Shown here in pieces: positions 9,528-19,400 of a stretch of DNA of 64,000 nucleotides. Positions within the stretch are counted from its first letter, which is position 1; each line of letters begins with the position of its first letter. The notes below the pieces were generated by a model that worked only from the letters and a program-made list of their open reading frames with translations, made no database searches and was not told where the DNA came from. The position numbers were made by a program, and so were the translations under genes. Source of the stretch: Myxococcota bacterium (GTDB taxonomy: Bacteria; Myxococcota_A; UBA9160; UBA4427); NCBI GenBank assembly GCA_965250285.1, contig OZ252299.1:1728001-1792000 (forward strand), written 5' to 3'.

Positions 9528-10848
9528 GCCGGCCCGTGCCGGGGCGACGCCCGAGCAGCTCGAGGTCGGGCGCTCGATCCACCGCTTCGCGGAGGAGCTC
9601 TACCCGATCTGTCGCAGCATCACGGGCGACGGGGTGCGCGAGACCCTGCGACGCATCGCCCAGCGCATCCCGATCGACGTGCACGAGGTGCCGAGCGGCA
9701 CCGAGGTGCTCGACTGGACGGTGCCCTCCGAGTGGAACATTCGCGACGCTTGGGTGAAGAACGCAGCCGGAGAGCGCGTGATCGACTTCGGCCAGCACAA
9801 TCTGCACGTGGTGAACTACAGCGTGCCGATTCGCGAGCGCATGACGCTCGCCGAGCTCGAGCCTCACCTGCACACCCTGCCCGATCGGCCCGACTGGATC
9901 CCCTACCGTACCTCGTACTACAACGAGACCTGGGGGTTCTGCCTGAGCGAGCGCCAGCTGCAGAGCCTCCGCGCGGCCGACCGCGGCGAGGTCTACGAGG
10001 TGGTGATCGACTCGAGCCTCGAGCCCGGGCACCTGACCTACGGCGAGCTGTTGCTGCCGGGCGATTCCGACCGTGAGATCGTGCTCTCGAGTCACATCTG
10101 TCACCCCTCTCTGTGCAACGACAACCTGTCGGGCGTCGGCATCGCGGTGCATCTCGCTCAGCTGCTCGGTGAGCTGCCGCATCGCCACTCGATCCGCTTT
10201 CTGTTCATTCCCGGCACGATCGGTTCGATCACCTGGCTCGCGCGCAACCGCGAGCGAGCCGATCGCATCGCCCACGGCCTGACGCTGGTGTGCCTCGGCG
10301 ACGCCTCGCCCGTCACGTTCAAGAAGACGTTCGGCGGCGAAGCCGAGCTCGACCGCGTCGTGCCGCGGGTGCTCGAAGAGAGCGGCGTCGCCTGCGACGT
10401 GATCGATTTCTTCCCTTACGGCTACGACGAGCGTCAGTTCAACTCACCCGGGTTCCGCTTGCCGTTCGGCTCGCTGCTCCGGGGGCGACACGGCGAGTTT
10501 CCCGAGTACCACACCTCCGGCGACGATCCGTCGTTCGTGCAGCCCGAACACCTGGCCGAGTCGTTCGAGATCGCGCGGCGCGTCGTCGCCGCGCTCGACG
10601 CGAATCGCCGCTACCGCAGCCTCGCCCCCTACGCCGAGCCGCAGCTCGGCAAGCGCGGCGTCTACCGCGCGATGGGGGGCGAAAGCAACCCGGGCGAGCT
10701 GCAGATGGCGATCCTCTGGATGCTGTCGTGCGCCGACGGCGAACACGACCTCATCGCCGTCGGCGAACGCTCGGGTCTCGGGCTCGACACGCTCGCGCGC
10801 GCCGCCGAGGTGCTGCTCGAGCAGGCTTTGCTCGAGGTCGTCGACTGA
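9520..10848 (+). CDS. DUF4910 domain protein (M28 aminopeptidase-like fold with C-terminal winged helix)
   Basis: LYPICRSITGDGVRETL, SHICHPSLCNDNLSG, GYDERQF, FPEYHTS, EPQLGKRG. Confidence 0.88.
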   Translation: MSEPARAGATPEQLEVGRSIHRFAEELYPICRSITGDGVRETLRRIAQRIPIDVHEVPSGTEVLDWTVPSEWNIRDAWVKNAAGERVIDFGQHNLHVVNYSVPIRERMTLAELEPHLHTLPDRPDWIPYRTSYYNETWGFCLSERQLQSLRAADRGEVYEVVIDSSLEPGHLTYGELLLPGDSDREIVLSSHICHPSLCNDNLSGVGIAVHLAQLLGELPHRHSIRFLFIPGTIGSITWLARNRERADRIAHGLTLVCLGDASPVTFKKTFGGEAELDRVVPRVLEESGVACDVIDFFPYGYDERQFNSPGFRLPFGSLLRGRHGEFPEYHTSGDDPSFVQPEHLAESFEIARRVVAALDANRRYRSLAPYAEPQLGKRGVYRAMGGESNPGELQMAILWMLSCADGEHDLIAVGERSGLGLDTLARAAEVLLEQALLEVVD

Positions 10849-10977
10849 TCATGCGCAGGCCGTGCGCAGGGCCGGGCCGGCGACACCGGGGGGGCTCCAC
10901 GGGGCACCCACCCAGGGGCGCCTCAACCCCAGCGTAACCCCACGAGAACCCATTAGAGAGACGACGAGGAATCAGCC

Positions 10978-12003
10978 ATGCGCGTGCTGCTGACCGGACA
11001 CGACGGATACATCGGAGCGGTGATGAGCCCCTGGCTCGTCGAGCGGGGCCACGAGGTCGTCGGCCTCGACTGCTTCCTGTTCGACGGCTGCGACTTCGGG
11101 GCGCTCCCGCCGAAGGTCCCCGAGCTGCGCAAGGACATCCGCGACATCGAGGCGGCCGATCTCGATGGCTTCGACGCGGTGATCCATCTCGCCGCGATCT
11201 CGAACGACCCGCTGGGCAACCTGAACCCGAAGGGCACGTACGACATCAATCACGCCGCGTCGGTGAAGCTCGCGAAGCTCGCCAAGGAGGCCGGCGTCGG
11301 GCGGTACGTGTACTCGTCGTCGTGCAGCGTCTACGGCGCGGCGAGCCCCGACGACGTGCTGTCCGAGACGGCTTCGTTCAGCCCCGTGACGCCGTACGCC
11401 GAGTCGAAGGTCATGGTCGAAGCCGACGTCCAGGCCCTCGCGAGCGACGACTTCAGCCCGACCTACATGCGCAACGCCACCGTGTACGGCGTGTCGCCCA
11501 AGCTGCGCGGCGACCTGGTCGTGAACAACCTGGTGGGCTGGGCGCTCACGACGGGTCAGGTGCACATGAAGAGCGACGGCACGCCCTGGCGCCCGCTCGT
11601 GCACGTCGAGGACGTCTGCCACGCCTTCGCGTGTGTCCTCGAAGCGCCGCGAGACGCGATCCACAACGAGGCGTTCAACGTCGGGCGCGACGAGGAGAAC
11701 TGGCAGATCGGGGGCGTCGCCGAAGAGGTCGCGAAGGCCGTCGAGGGCAGTCGGGTGACGACCGAGGACGGCGCCGGGCCCGATCCGCGCTGCTACCGGG
11801 TCGACTTCGCCAAGATCCACAGCGCCCTGCCCGGCTTCGCGCCGCAGTGGACCGTGCCCCGCGGCGTCGTGCAGCTCCGCGACGCCTATCAGCAGGTCGG
11901 CCTCGAGCAGAGCGATCTCGAAGGTGACCGCTACCTGCGCATCAAGCGCATCTCGCGACTGCTCGAAGAGGGGCGCATCGACTCGGACCTGCGCTGGCAA
12001 TAG
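10978..12003 (+). CDS. NAD-dependent nucleotide-sugar epimerase/dehydratase (extended SDR)
   Basis: TGHDGYIG, HLAAISNDP, SSCSVYG, YAESK; GAGG RBS. Confidence 0.92.
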   Translation: MRVLLTGHDGYIGAVMSPWLVERGHEVVGLDCFLFDGCDFGALPPKVPELRKDIRDIEAADLDGFDAVIHLAAISNDPLGNLNPKGTYDINHAASVKLAKLAKEAGVGRYVYSSSCSVYGAASPDDVLSETASFSPVTPYAESKVMVEADVQALASDDFSPTYMRNATVYGVSPKLRGDLVVNNLVGWALTTGQVHMKSDGTPWRPLVHVEDVCHAFACVLEAPRDAIHNEAFNVGRDEENWQIGGVAEEVAKAVEGSRVTTEDGAGPDPRCYRVDFAKIHSALPGFAPQWTVPRGVVQLRDAYQQVGLEQSDLEGDRYLRIKRISRLLEEGRIDSDLRWQ

Positions 12004-12235
12004 CGCCGACCCGCAGCGCGCATGCGGGACCCGGCAGCGGGCCCGCGCGTCCTGAGCAGCGCACCGGCAAGATCGGCCCCGAGGGGTGCGCGAGCGCGCC
12101 CTCATGGCGTTCTCGTCACTTCCTGGCGCGATTCGGCGACTCACACGTGTCCAATGGAGCGACCGGCGCGATCATGCGCCCGCGGCCGGCCGCCACGCGG
12201 AGGGCGCGCACGCTCCGACGGGATGGGAGAGCAAC

Positions 12236-13492
12236 TTGGAAGGCCAGCGCTGCCGCTTCTGTGGGACCGAGCTCATCTACTCGATGGTCGATCTCGGCAC
12301 GTCGCCCCTCTGCCAGGACCACGTGACGCCCGAGCACTTCGACCGGGCCGAGCCGACCTACCCGCTCCACGCCAAGGTCTGCCACAACTGCCTGCTCGTG
12401 CAGGTCGGGACGCCGGTCAAGCCCGAGGAGATCTTTGGCGACGGCGACTACGCCTACTTCTCCTCGTTCAGCGACAGCTGGCTGGCCCACGCGCGTGACT
12501 ACACCGAGAAGATGACCGAGCGCTTCGGGCTCGACGCTTCGACGCCAGTGGTCGAGATCGCCAGCAACGACGGCTACCTCCTGCAGTACTTCCAGAAGGC
12601 GGGCGTGCCGGTGCTCGGCATCGAGCCCGCGTCGAACTGCGCGGCGGCCGCTCGCCAGAAAGGCATCGAGAGCGTCGTTGCCTTCTTCGGCCGCGAGACC
12701 GCGAATCGCGTCGCAGCCGACCACGGGCGCCCCACCCTGCTGCTCGGCAACAACGTGCTCGCCCACGTTCCCGACATCAACGACTTCGTGTCGGGCATGA
12801 AGATCCTGCTCGCCCCGGGCGGACAAATCACGATGGAGTTCCCCCATCTGATGCGCCTGGTGGCGGAGAACCAGTTCGACACGATCTACCACGAGCACTT
12901 CTCGTATCTCAGCCTGACGACCGTCGAGCGCATTTTCGCGCACCACGGCCTTCGGCTCTTCGACGTCGAGGAGCTGCCGACCCACGGCGGTTCGCTGCGC
13001 ATCTTCGCCTGCCATGACGACGATCCCCGCGTGACCGAGCCTTCGATCGAAGCGCTGAAGGGCCGCGAGGCGGCGGCTGGCATGCTCGAGCTGCCCTACT
13101 ACGAGGCGTTCGGCGAGCAGGTGCGTGAGACGAAGCGCAAGCTGCTGAGCTTCCTGATCGAGCGCAAGCGCGCGGGTGATGTCGTCGTCGGCTACGGCGC
13201 GCCCGGCAAGGGCAACACGCTGCTCAACTACTGCGGGATCCGAACCGATTTCGTCGACTACACGGTCGATCGCAACCCGCACAAGCAGGGCAACTATCTG
13301 CCGGGCTCGCGCATTCCGATCCTCGAGCCCGAGAAGATCTTCGAAACGAAGCCCGACTACGTTCTGATCCTGCCGTGGAATCTCCGCAAGGAGATCAGCG
13401 AGAGCATGGCGAAGATCGGCGAGTGGGGTGGAAAGTTCGTCGTGCCGATTCCCGAGGTCGAAGTCTTCGAAGCACCCGAGGTCGAATCATGA
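12236..13492 (+). CDS. NDP-hexose C-methyltransferase (Zn-binding N-terminus, SAM domain, C-methyltransferase C-terminal domain)
   Basis: CRFC...CHNC zinc site, VEIASNDG, FDTIYHEH, THGGS, YGAPGKG, LPWN; TTG start after GGGAG (alternatives 12086/12104). Confidence 0.9.
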   Translation: MEGQRCRFCGTELIYSMVDLGTSPLCQDHVTPEHFDRAEPTYPLHAKVCHNCLLVQVGTPVKPEEIFGDGDYAYFSSFSDSWLAHARDYTEKMTERFGLDASTPVVEIASNDGYLLQYFQKAGVPVLGIEPASNCAAAARQKGIESVVAFFGRETANRVAADHGRPTLLLGNNVLAHVPDINDFVSGMKILLAPGGQITMEFPHLMRLVAENQFDTIYHEHFSYLSLTTVERIFAHHGLRLFDVEELPTHGGSLRIFACHDDDPRVTEPSIEALKGREAAAGMLELPYYEAFGEQVRETKRKLLSFLIERKRAGDVVVGYGAPGKGNTLLNYCGIRTDFVDYTVDRNPHKQGNYLPGSRIPILEPEKIFETKPDYVLILPWNLRKEISESMAKIGEWGGKFVVPIPEVEVFEAPEVES

Positions 13493-14280
13493 AGGTCGTA
13501 CTCTTCTGCGGCGGCATGGGGCTGCGCCTGCGCGATCAGGCGTACAACACGCCGAAGCCCCTCGCCGAGATCGGCGCGCGGCCGATCATCTGGCATCTGA
13601 TGAAGTACTACGCGTACTACGGGCACAAGGACTTCGTGCTCTGCCTCGGCTACCGGGGCGAGGCGTTCAAGGAGTACTTCCTCAACTACGACGAGACCCA
13701 CTCGAACGACTTCGTGCTGAGTGAAGGCGGCCGCAACGTGCAGCTCGCGAGCAGCGACATCGAGGACTGGCGGATCCACTTCGTCGACACCGGGCTGCAC
13801 TCGAACATCGGGATGCGGCTCAAGGCGGTGCAGCGTCATCTCGAAGGAGAGGAGATGTTCCTCGCCAACTACAGCGACGGCCTCTCCGACCTGCCCCTCG
13901 ACGAGTACGTCGACGCGTTCACGGAGAGCGGCAAGACCGCGAGCTTCGTCTCGGTGCGCAACAAGGCGGTCTCGCACATGGTCGATACCGACGATGAAGG
14001 CACGGTGATCGGCATTCGATCGCTCGCCGACACCGACATACGCATCAACGGCGGCTTCTTCGCGTTCAAGCAGAAGGTGTTCGACTACATCGAAGAGGGC
14101 GAGGAGCTCGTCGAAGAGCCGTTCGCGCGACTGATCGCCGAGCAGGAGCTCTCGGGATACCGCTACGACGGCTTCTGGCAGTGCATGGATACGTTCAAGG
14201 ACAAGCAGAAGCTCGACGATCTCGCCGCTCGCGACGAGATGCCCTGGCAGGTCTGGAAGCACCACGGTCCGCCCGAGTAG
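13489..14280 (+). CDS. rfbF: Glucose-1-phosphate cytidylyltransferase
   Basis: MKVVLFCGGMGLRL, PKPL, LCLGY, INGGFF, GFWQCMDTFKD; ATGA overlap. Confidence 0.9.
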   Translation: MKVVLFCGGMGLRLRDQAYNTPKPLAEIGARPIIWHLMKYYAYYGHKDFVLCLGYRGEAFKEYFLNYDETHSNDFVLSEGGRNVQLASSDIEDWRIHFVDTGLHSNIGMRLKAVQRHLEGEEMFLANYSDGLSDLPLDEYVDAFTESGKTASFVSVRNKAVSHMVDTDDEGTVIGIRSLADTDIRINGGFFAFKQKVFDYIEEGEELVEEPFARLIAEQELSGYRYDGFWQCMDTFKDKQKLDDLAARDEMPWQVWKHHGPPE

Positions 14281-14367
14281 TCTGTCGGCGGCCACCCCGC
14301 ATCCGCGATGGCCAAAGGCCGTGCCCCCCGCCACCGGCGCCCACGCGCGCAACAGGGAGTGACGGAT

Positions 14368-15027
14368 TTGAATCCGCTTCGGATCCAGACGACGCACGGG
14401 GGTCCGCCGGTCGTGCTCTGCCTGGGCGCCCACTGCGACGACATCGAGATCGGCTGTGGCGGCACCCTGCTCGCGCTGCAGGCGGCCCAGCCCGAGGCCG
14501 AGATTCGCTGGGCCGTCTTCACGGCCAACGACCTGCGCCGCAAGGAGACGCTCGAGTGCGCCCGGCGGCTGATGGGCGACGACTTCGAGTCGCAGGTGCA
14601 CTTCGAGACCTTTCGGGACGGGTTCCTCCCCTACGAGGGCGCGGCCGTCAAGCAGGCGTTCGAGCGATTGAAGGGCGAAGTGCAGCCCGATCTGATCCTG
14701 ACCCACACGCGCGACGATCTGCACCAGGATCACCGCCAGATCAACGAGCTCACCTGGAACACGTGGCGCGACCACATGATTCTGGAATACGAGATCCCGA
14801 AATGGGACGGCGATCTCGGACAGCCCAACGTCTTCGTGCCCCTCGACGAAGCGCAGGTCGAACGCAAGATCGACGCGGTGCTCACCGCCTACGCGTCTCA
14901 GGCGGTCAAGCAGTGGCTCGACGCCGACACGCTCCGTGGCCTCATGCGTCTGCGGGGTGTCGAGGCGAACGCACCGGGGCGCTTCGCCGAGGCCTTCTAC
15001 GCGAGGAAGCTCACGCTGGCGCCCTGA
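14368..15027 (+). CDS. PIG-L/LmbE family deacetylase
   Basis: GAHCDDIEIGCGG and DLHQDH motifs; TTG 14368 or GTG 14359 start after AGGGAG. Confidence 0.9.
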   Translation: MNPLRIQTTHGGPPVVLCLGAHCDDIEIGCGGTLLALQAAQPEAEIRWAVFTANDLRRKETLECARRLMGDDFESQVHFETFRDGFLPYEGAAVKQAFERLKGEVQPDLILTHTRDDLHQDHRQINELTWNTWRDHMILEYEIPKWDGDLGQPNVFVPLDEAQVERKIDAVLTAYASQAVKQWLDADTLRGLMRLRGVEANAPGRFAEAFYARKLTLAP

Positions 15028-15072
15028 GGCGCCGCGTGTCGAGCCCGAGCCGCGCTGGCCACCGATCTTCTC

Positions 15073-16317
15073 ATGACCCGATTCGCGACCACTCGAGCGA
15101 CCCGAACGCCCCACGTGCCCGGTGTCGGCGTCATCGCCCTCGTCCCCGAGCCCTTCGATACGCCGTGGATGTCGCGCCATCAGGTCCTGACGCGGCTCTC
15201 GAGCTACTTCGACGTCGTCTGGATCAATCCCGCGCGCAATTGGCGCGAGGTGGTGGCGCAGCCCACACGACCCCGGGTCGCCGGCGGGGGCGACCCCCGG
15301 CCCGATGGGCTCGTGGTCTACGAGCCCGAGCCGTGGCTCCCCGAGTTCTTTCGGCCCGCGTGGCTCGAGCGCTTCACCGATCGCGCGCGACTCGCGGCGG
15401 CGCGTCGTGCGCTCGTGCGGCGGGGCTGCACGCGGGTTCTGCTCTACATCTGGCGTCCACAGTTCGGGGCGGCCCTCGACCGGGTGCGCCACGACGGCAG
15501 CCTCTATCACGTCGTCGACGAATACAGCTTCTCGGACGACGAGCAGCCGGTGCCGCCCGTGGAGGCCGAGCTGCTGCGCCGCGCCGATCGCGTGATCATC
15601 CACTCGCCGGCGCTCATGGAGAAGAAGGCGTCGTACAACGCCACTTCGATGCAGCTGCCGAACGGCGTCGACTTCGCCACGGTCTCAGCCGAGTGGCCCG
15701 AGCCCGACGACCTGCGCGACGTGCCCCGTCCGCGCATCGGCTACTGCGGCTGGCTCAAGAACCAGCTCGACTGGGATCTCGTCGAATCGCTGATCGACGG
15801 CCATCCCGATCGTTCATTCGTGTTCGTGGGGGGCGTGGCGCCACACGAGGGGCTCCCGGAACGCATCGAGGCGCTGTCGAAGCGACCGAACGCGTTCTTC
15901 CTGGGCGCGAAGACCTCGTCTCAGCTGATGGCGTACCCGCAGCACTTTGACCTGTGCATCATGCCGTACCGCGAAACCAGCTACACCCGCTACATCTACC
16001 CGCTGAAGCTCCACGAATACCTCGCGAGTGGCCGTCCCGTCGTGGCCACGCCGATCCGCACCCTGCAGGATTTCGAAGCGCACGTCCGCCTGGCGCGAGG
16101 CGCGAGCGCGTGGTCGGACGCCCTCGATCGGGCGCTCGCACCGGATGAGCTCGGCGCCGAAGCCGTGGCGGCGCGCCGCGCGTTCGCGGCGCGGCACGAC
16201 TGGCACGTGATCACCCATCAAGTGGCGCGTGTGCTCGCCGAGATGGCCGGGGGCGATGCGCCCGCACGGGTCGATTCGGCGCCCGTGCCCGAAACCTGGA
16301 AGCAGCCGCCGCCCTGA
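15073..16317 (+). CDS. Glycosyltransferase (GT4-like, TuaH-type)
   Basis: SRHQ, YHVVDEY, LPNGVD, PRIGYCG, PLKLHEYLASGRPVV. Confidence 0.9.
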   Translation: MTRFATTRATRTPHVPGVGVIALVPEPFDTPWMSRHQVLTRLSSYFDVVWINPARNWREVVAQPTRPRVAGGGDPRPDGLVVYEPEPWLPEFFRPAWLERFTDRARLAAARRALVRRGCTRVLLYIWRPQFGAALDRVRHDGSLYHVVDEYSFSDDEQPVPPVEAELLRRADRVIIHSPALMEKKASYNATSMQLPNGVDFATVSAEWPEPDDLRDVPRPRIGYCGWLKNQLDWDLVESLIDGHPDRSFVFVGGVAPHEGLPERIEALSKRPNAFFLGAKTSSQLMAYPQHFDLCIMPYRETSYTRYIYPLKLHEYLASGRPVVATPIRTLQDFEAHVRLARGASAWSDALDRALAPDELGAEAVAARRAFAARHDWHVITHQVARVLAEMAGGDAPARVDSAPVPETWKQPPP

Positions 16318-16429
16318 GCGAGACCCGAGCGTGCGGCGCTGCTGGACCGCGCCGCCCGCTGCGTGACCAAACCGCTCGACCGGCGCGCGCCCCGACCCGA
16401 GCGCATCGCTCGGGCCGAGACGCCATCGG

Positions 16430-19400
16430 CTACGGCGCGAGCGGCTCGACCAGGACGTCGTCGTAGCGACCGCCCGCGTTGGCCCAGGTCGAGAGGCCGA
16501 TCGTGCCGCCGGCGAGATCCGGGTCGACCACCGAGAACACCACGCCGCCGTCGATCGAGACCTCGATCGAGGGACCGTCCACGACGACCTCGAGCAGATA
16601 CATCTGCCCGATCGTGTACGTCGTGTTCACCTCGCCCAGGAGCGAGAAGCTGCCCCCGACATTCTTCACGAGGCGCTGGTAGTTCATCTGGGTGTTCCAC
16701 GAGAACCGGTAGTAGTCGTCGAGGCCCTGCACCCGGAACATCAGTCCGATCTCGTCGTTGTCGTCCGACCCGATCAGCATGCTGACCTTGTAGTCGTCCC
16801 AGGTGGTGCCGCCATCGAAGATCGCGTAGCTGCCGATCTTCGTGATGCTCTGCACCGTGGTCGGGTTGGACAAGATGTTGGTGTTCTGCATGAGGACGCC
16901 GCCGACCACCTGCCAATCGGAAGGTGCTTCGCGGTCCCCCGGGTCCGAGACGGTCCAGCCGGCGAGGTCTCCGTCTTCGAAGTCGTCGCTCAGCAGGTAC
17001 GGCGGCGCCGGAGCGACGTCGACATCGAAGCTCTGCGCCACGGTGCCGAAGGCGTTGGCCGCCTCGATCTCGACCGCGTGCACTCCCTCCTGCCCCGCGA
17101 CCGGCGTCCACGTCACCGCACCACCCGGCGCGACCGCGAAGCCAAGCGGGCCACTCACCAGCGAGAACGTGATCGGGCCCGGCCCGCTCGCCTCGGCGAC
17201 GCCGTCGGCATCGTAGGCATACGCGGCCCCGACCGTCGCCGTGGTCGCCGCGGTCGACGTGAAGACCGGCGGCGCGGGCGGCGGTGCGGCTGCGACCTCG
17301 ACCGTGAAGCTCTGGGTGTCGGAGCCGACGGCGTTGTCGGCCCGCACGACCACCGCCTGGGGGCCGATCTGCCCGGCCGTCGGGGTCCAGCTGACGACGC
17401 CGGCCGAGCTCACGGTCATTCCCGACGGACCACTGTCGAGCGCGAACGTGAACGGACCGGTGCCGGCGGCTTCGATGATCCCGTCGGCATCGTATGCATA
17501 GGGCTGGTCCTCTTCGCCCGCGAGAGACGGGACCGAGGTGATCAGCGGCGCTTGCGGCGCCAGCGGCTCGACGAGCACATCGTCGAAGAGTGCGCCCGCA
17601 TTCGCCCAGCTCGACAGGCCGATCGTGCCCCCCGTGAGGTCGGGGTCGACCACCGAGAAGACGGGCACGCCGTCGATCGAGACCTCGATCGAAGGCCCGT
17701 CGAGCACGACCTCGAGCAGATACATCTGACCGGTCGTGTAGGTCGTGCTGATTTCGCCGAGGAGCGTGAAGTTGCCGCCCACGTTCTTGACGAGGCGCTG
17801 GTATCCCATCTGGGTGTTCCACGAGAAGCGGTAGTAGTCGTCGAGGCCCTGCATGCGGAACATCACGCCGATCTCGTCGTTGTCGTCCGAGCCGATCAGC
17901 ACGCTCACCCGGTAGTCGTCCCAGGTGGTGCCGCCGTCGTAGATCGCGTAGGTGCCGATCTTCGTGATGCTCTCGACCGTCGTCGGGTTCGACAGGATGT
18001 TGGTGCCCTGGTTCAGCACCCCACCCACGACCTGCCAATCCGAAGGTGCTTCGCGATCGCCCGGATCCTCGATCGTCCAGCCGGCGTGATCGCCGTCTTC
18101 GAAGTCATCACTCAGCAGGTACGGCGGCGCGGGCGCGACGTCGACGTCGAAGCTCTGCGTCACGGTGCCGAAGGTATTCGACGCCTCGATCTCGACCGAC
18201 TGCACGCCTTCCTGGCCCGCGGTCGGCGTCCAGCTGACCGTGCCGTTCGGGGCGACTGCGAAGCCGGCCGGTCCGCTCACCAGCGCAAAAGTGATCGGCC
18301 CGGGGCCGCTCGCCTCGGCCTGATCGTTCGCGTCGTACGCGTAGGGCGCATCCACGGTTGCGTCGGTCGCAGCGGTCGAGGTGAAGACCGGCGGCGACGG
18401 CGGCGGCGCGGCCGCCACGTCGATCGTGAAGCTCTGGGTGTCGAAGCCGACGGCGTTGTCGGCGCGCACCTCGACCGGCTGCAGGCCGGTCTGGCCCGCC
18501 GTGGGCGTCCAGGCGACCTGCCCCGTCGGCGAGACCGTCATGCCCGAGGGCCCGCTGACGAGCGAGAACGTGAAGGGCCCGGTCCCGGCCGCCTCGACCG
18601 TCGAGTCGGCGTCGTAGGCATAGGCCTGGCCTTCTTCGCCCACCAGTGACGGCGTCGAGGTGATGAGCGGCGGCTGCGGGGCCAACGGCTCCACCAAGAC
18701 CTCGTCATAGAGGCCGCCGGCGTTCGCCCAGCTCGACAGCGCGATCGTGCCGCTCGTCAGATCGGGATCGACCACCGAGAAGACCGGAACGCCATCGATC
18801 GAAACGTCGATCGACGCCCCATCGAGCACGACCTCGAGCAGGTACAGCTGCCCGATCGTGTAGGTGGTGTTCGTCTCGCCGAGGAGCGTGAAGTTGCCCC
18901 CCACGTTCTTGACGAGGCGCTGGTAGCCCATCTGGGTGTTCCACGAGAACCGGTAGTAGTCGTCGAGACCCTGCATGCGGAAGATCAGGCCGACTTCGTC
19001 GTCGTCGTCCGACCCGATCAGCATGCTGACCTTGTAGTCGTCCCATGCTGTCCCGCCGTCGTAGATCGCGTAGGTGCCGATCTTGCTCAGGGCTTCGACG
19101 GTGGTCGGGTTCGACAGGATGTTGGTGCCCTGGGTCAGCACGCCACCGACGACCTGCCAATCGGACGGCGCCTCGCGGTCACCCGGGTCGGCGATCGTCC
19201 AGCCCGCCAGATCGCCCGTCTCGAAATCGGCGCTCAGCATGTACGGCGGGGCCGCCGCGACGTCGACGTCGAAGCTCTGCGTCACCGAGCCGAAGCTGTT
19301 GGCGGCTTCGATCTCGACGGACTGCACGCCCTCCTGGTCGGCGGCGGGGGTCCACGTCACGGTGCCGTCGGGATCGACCACGAAGCCGGTAGGGCCGCTC

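Noticed and set aside
10880..10955. C-run-rich intergenic stretch as a G-quadruplex or regulatory RNA
   Set aside because: Long irregular loops; expected by chance at this GC content
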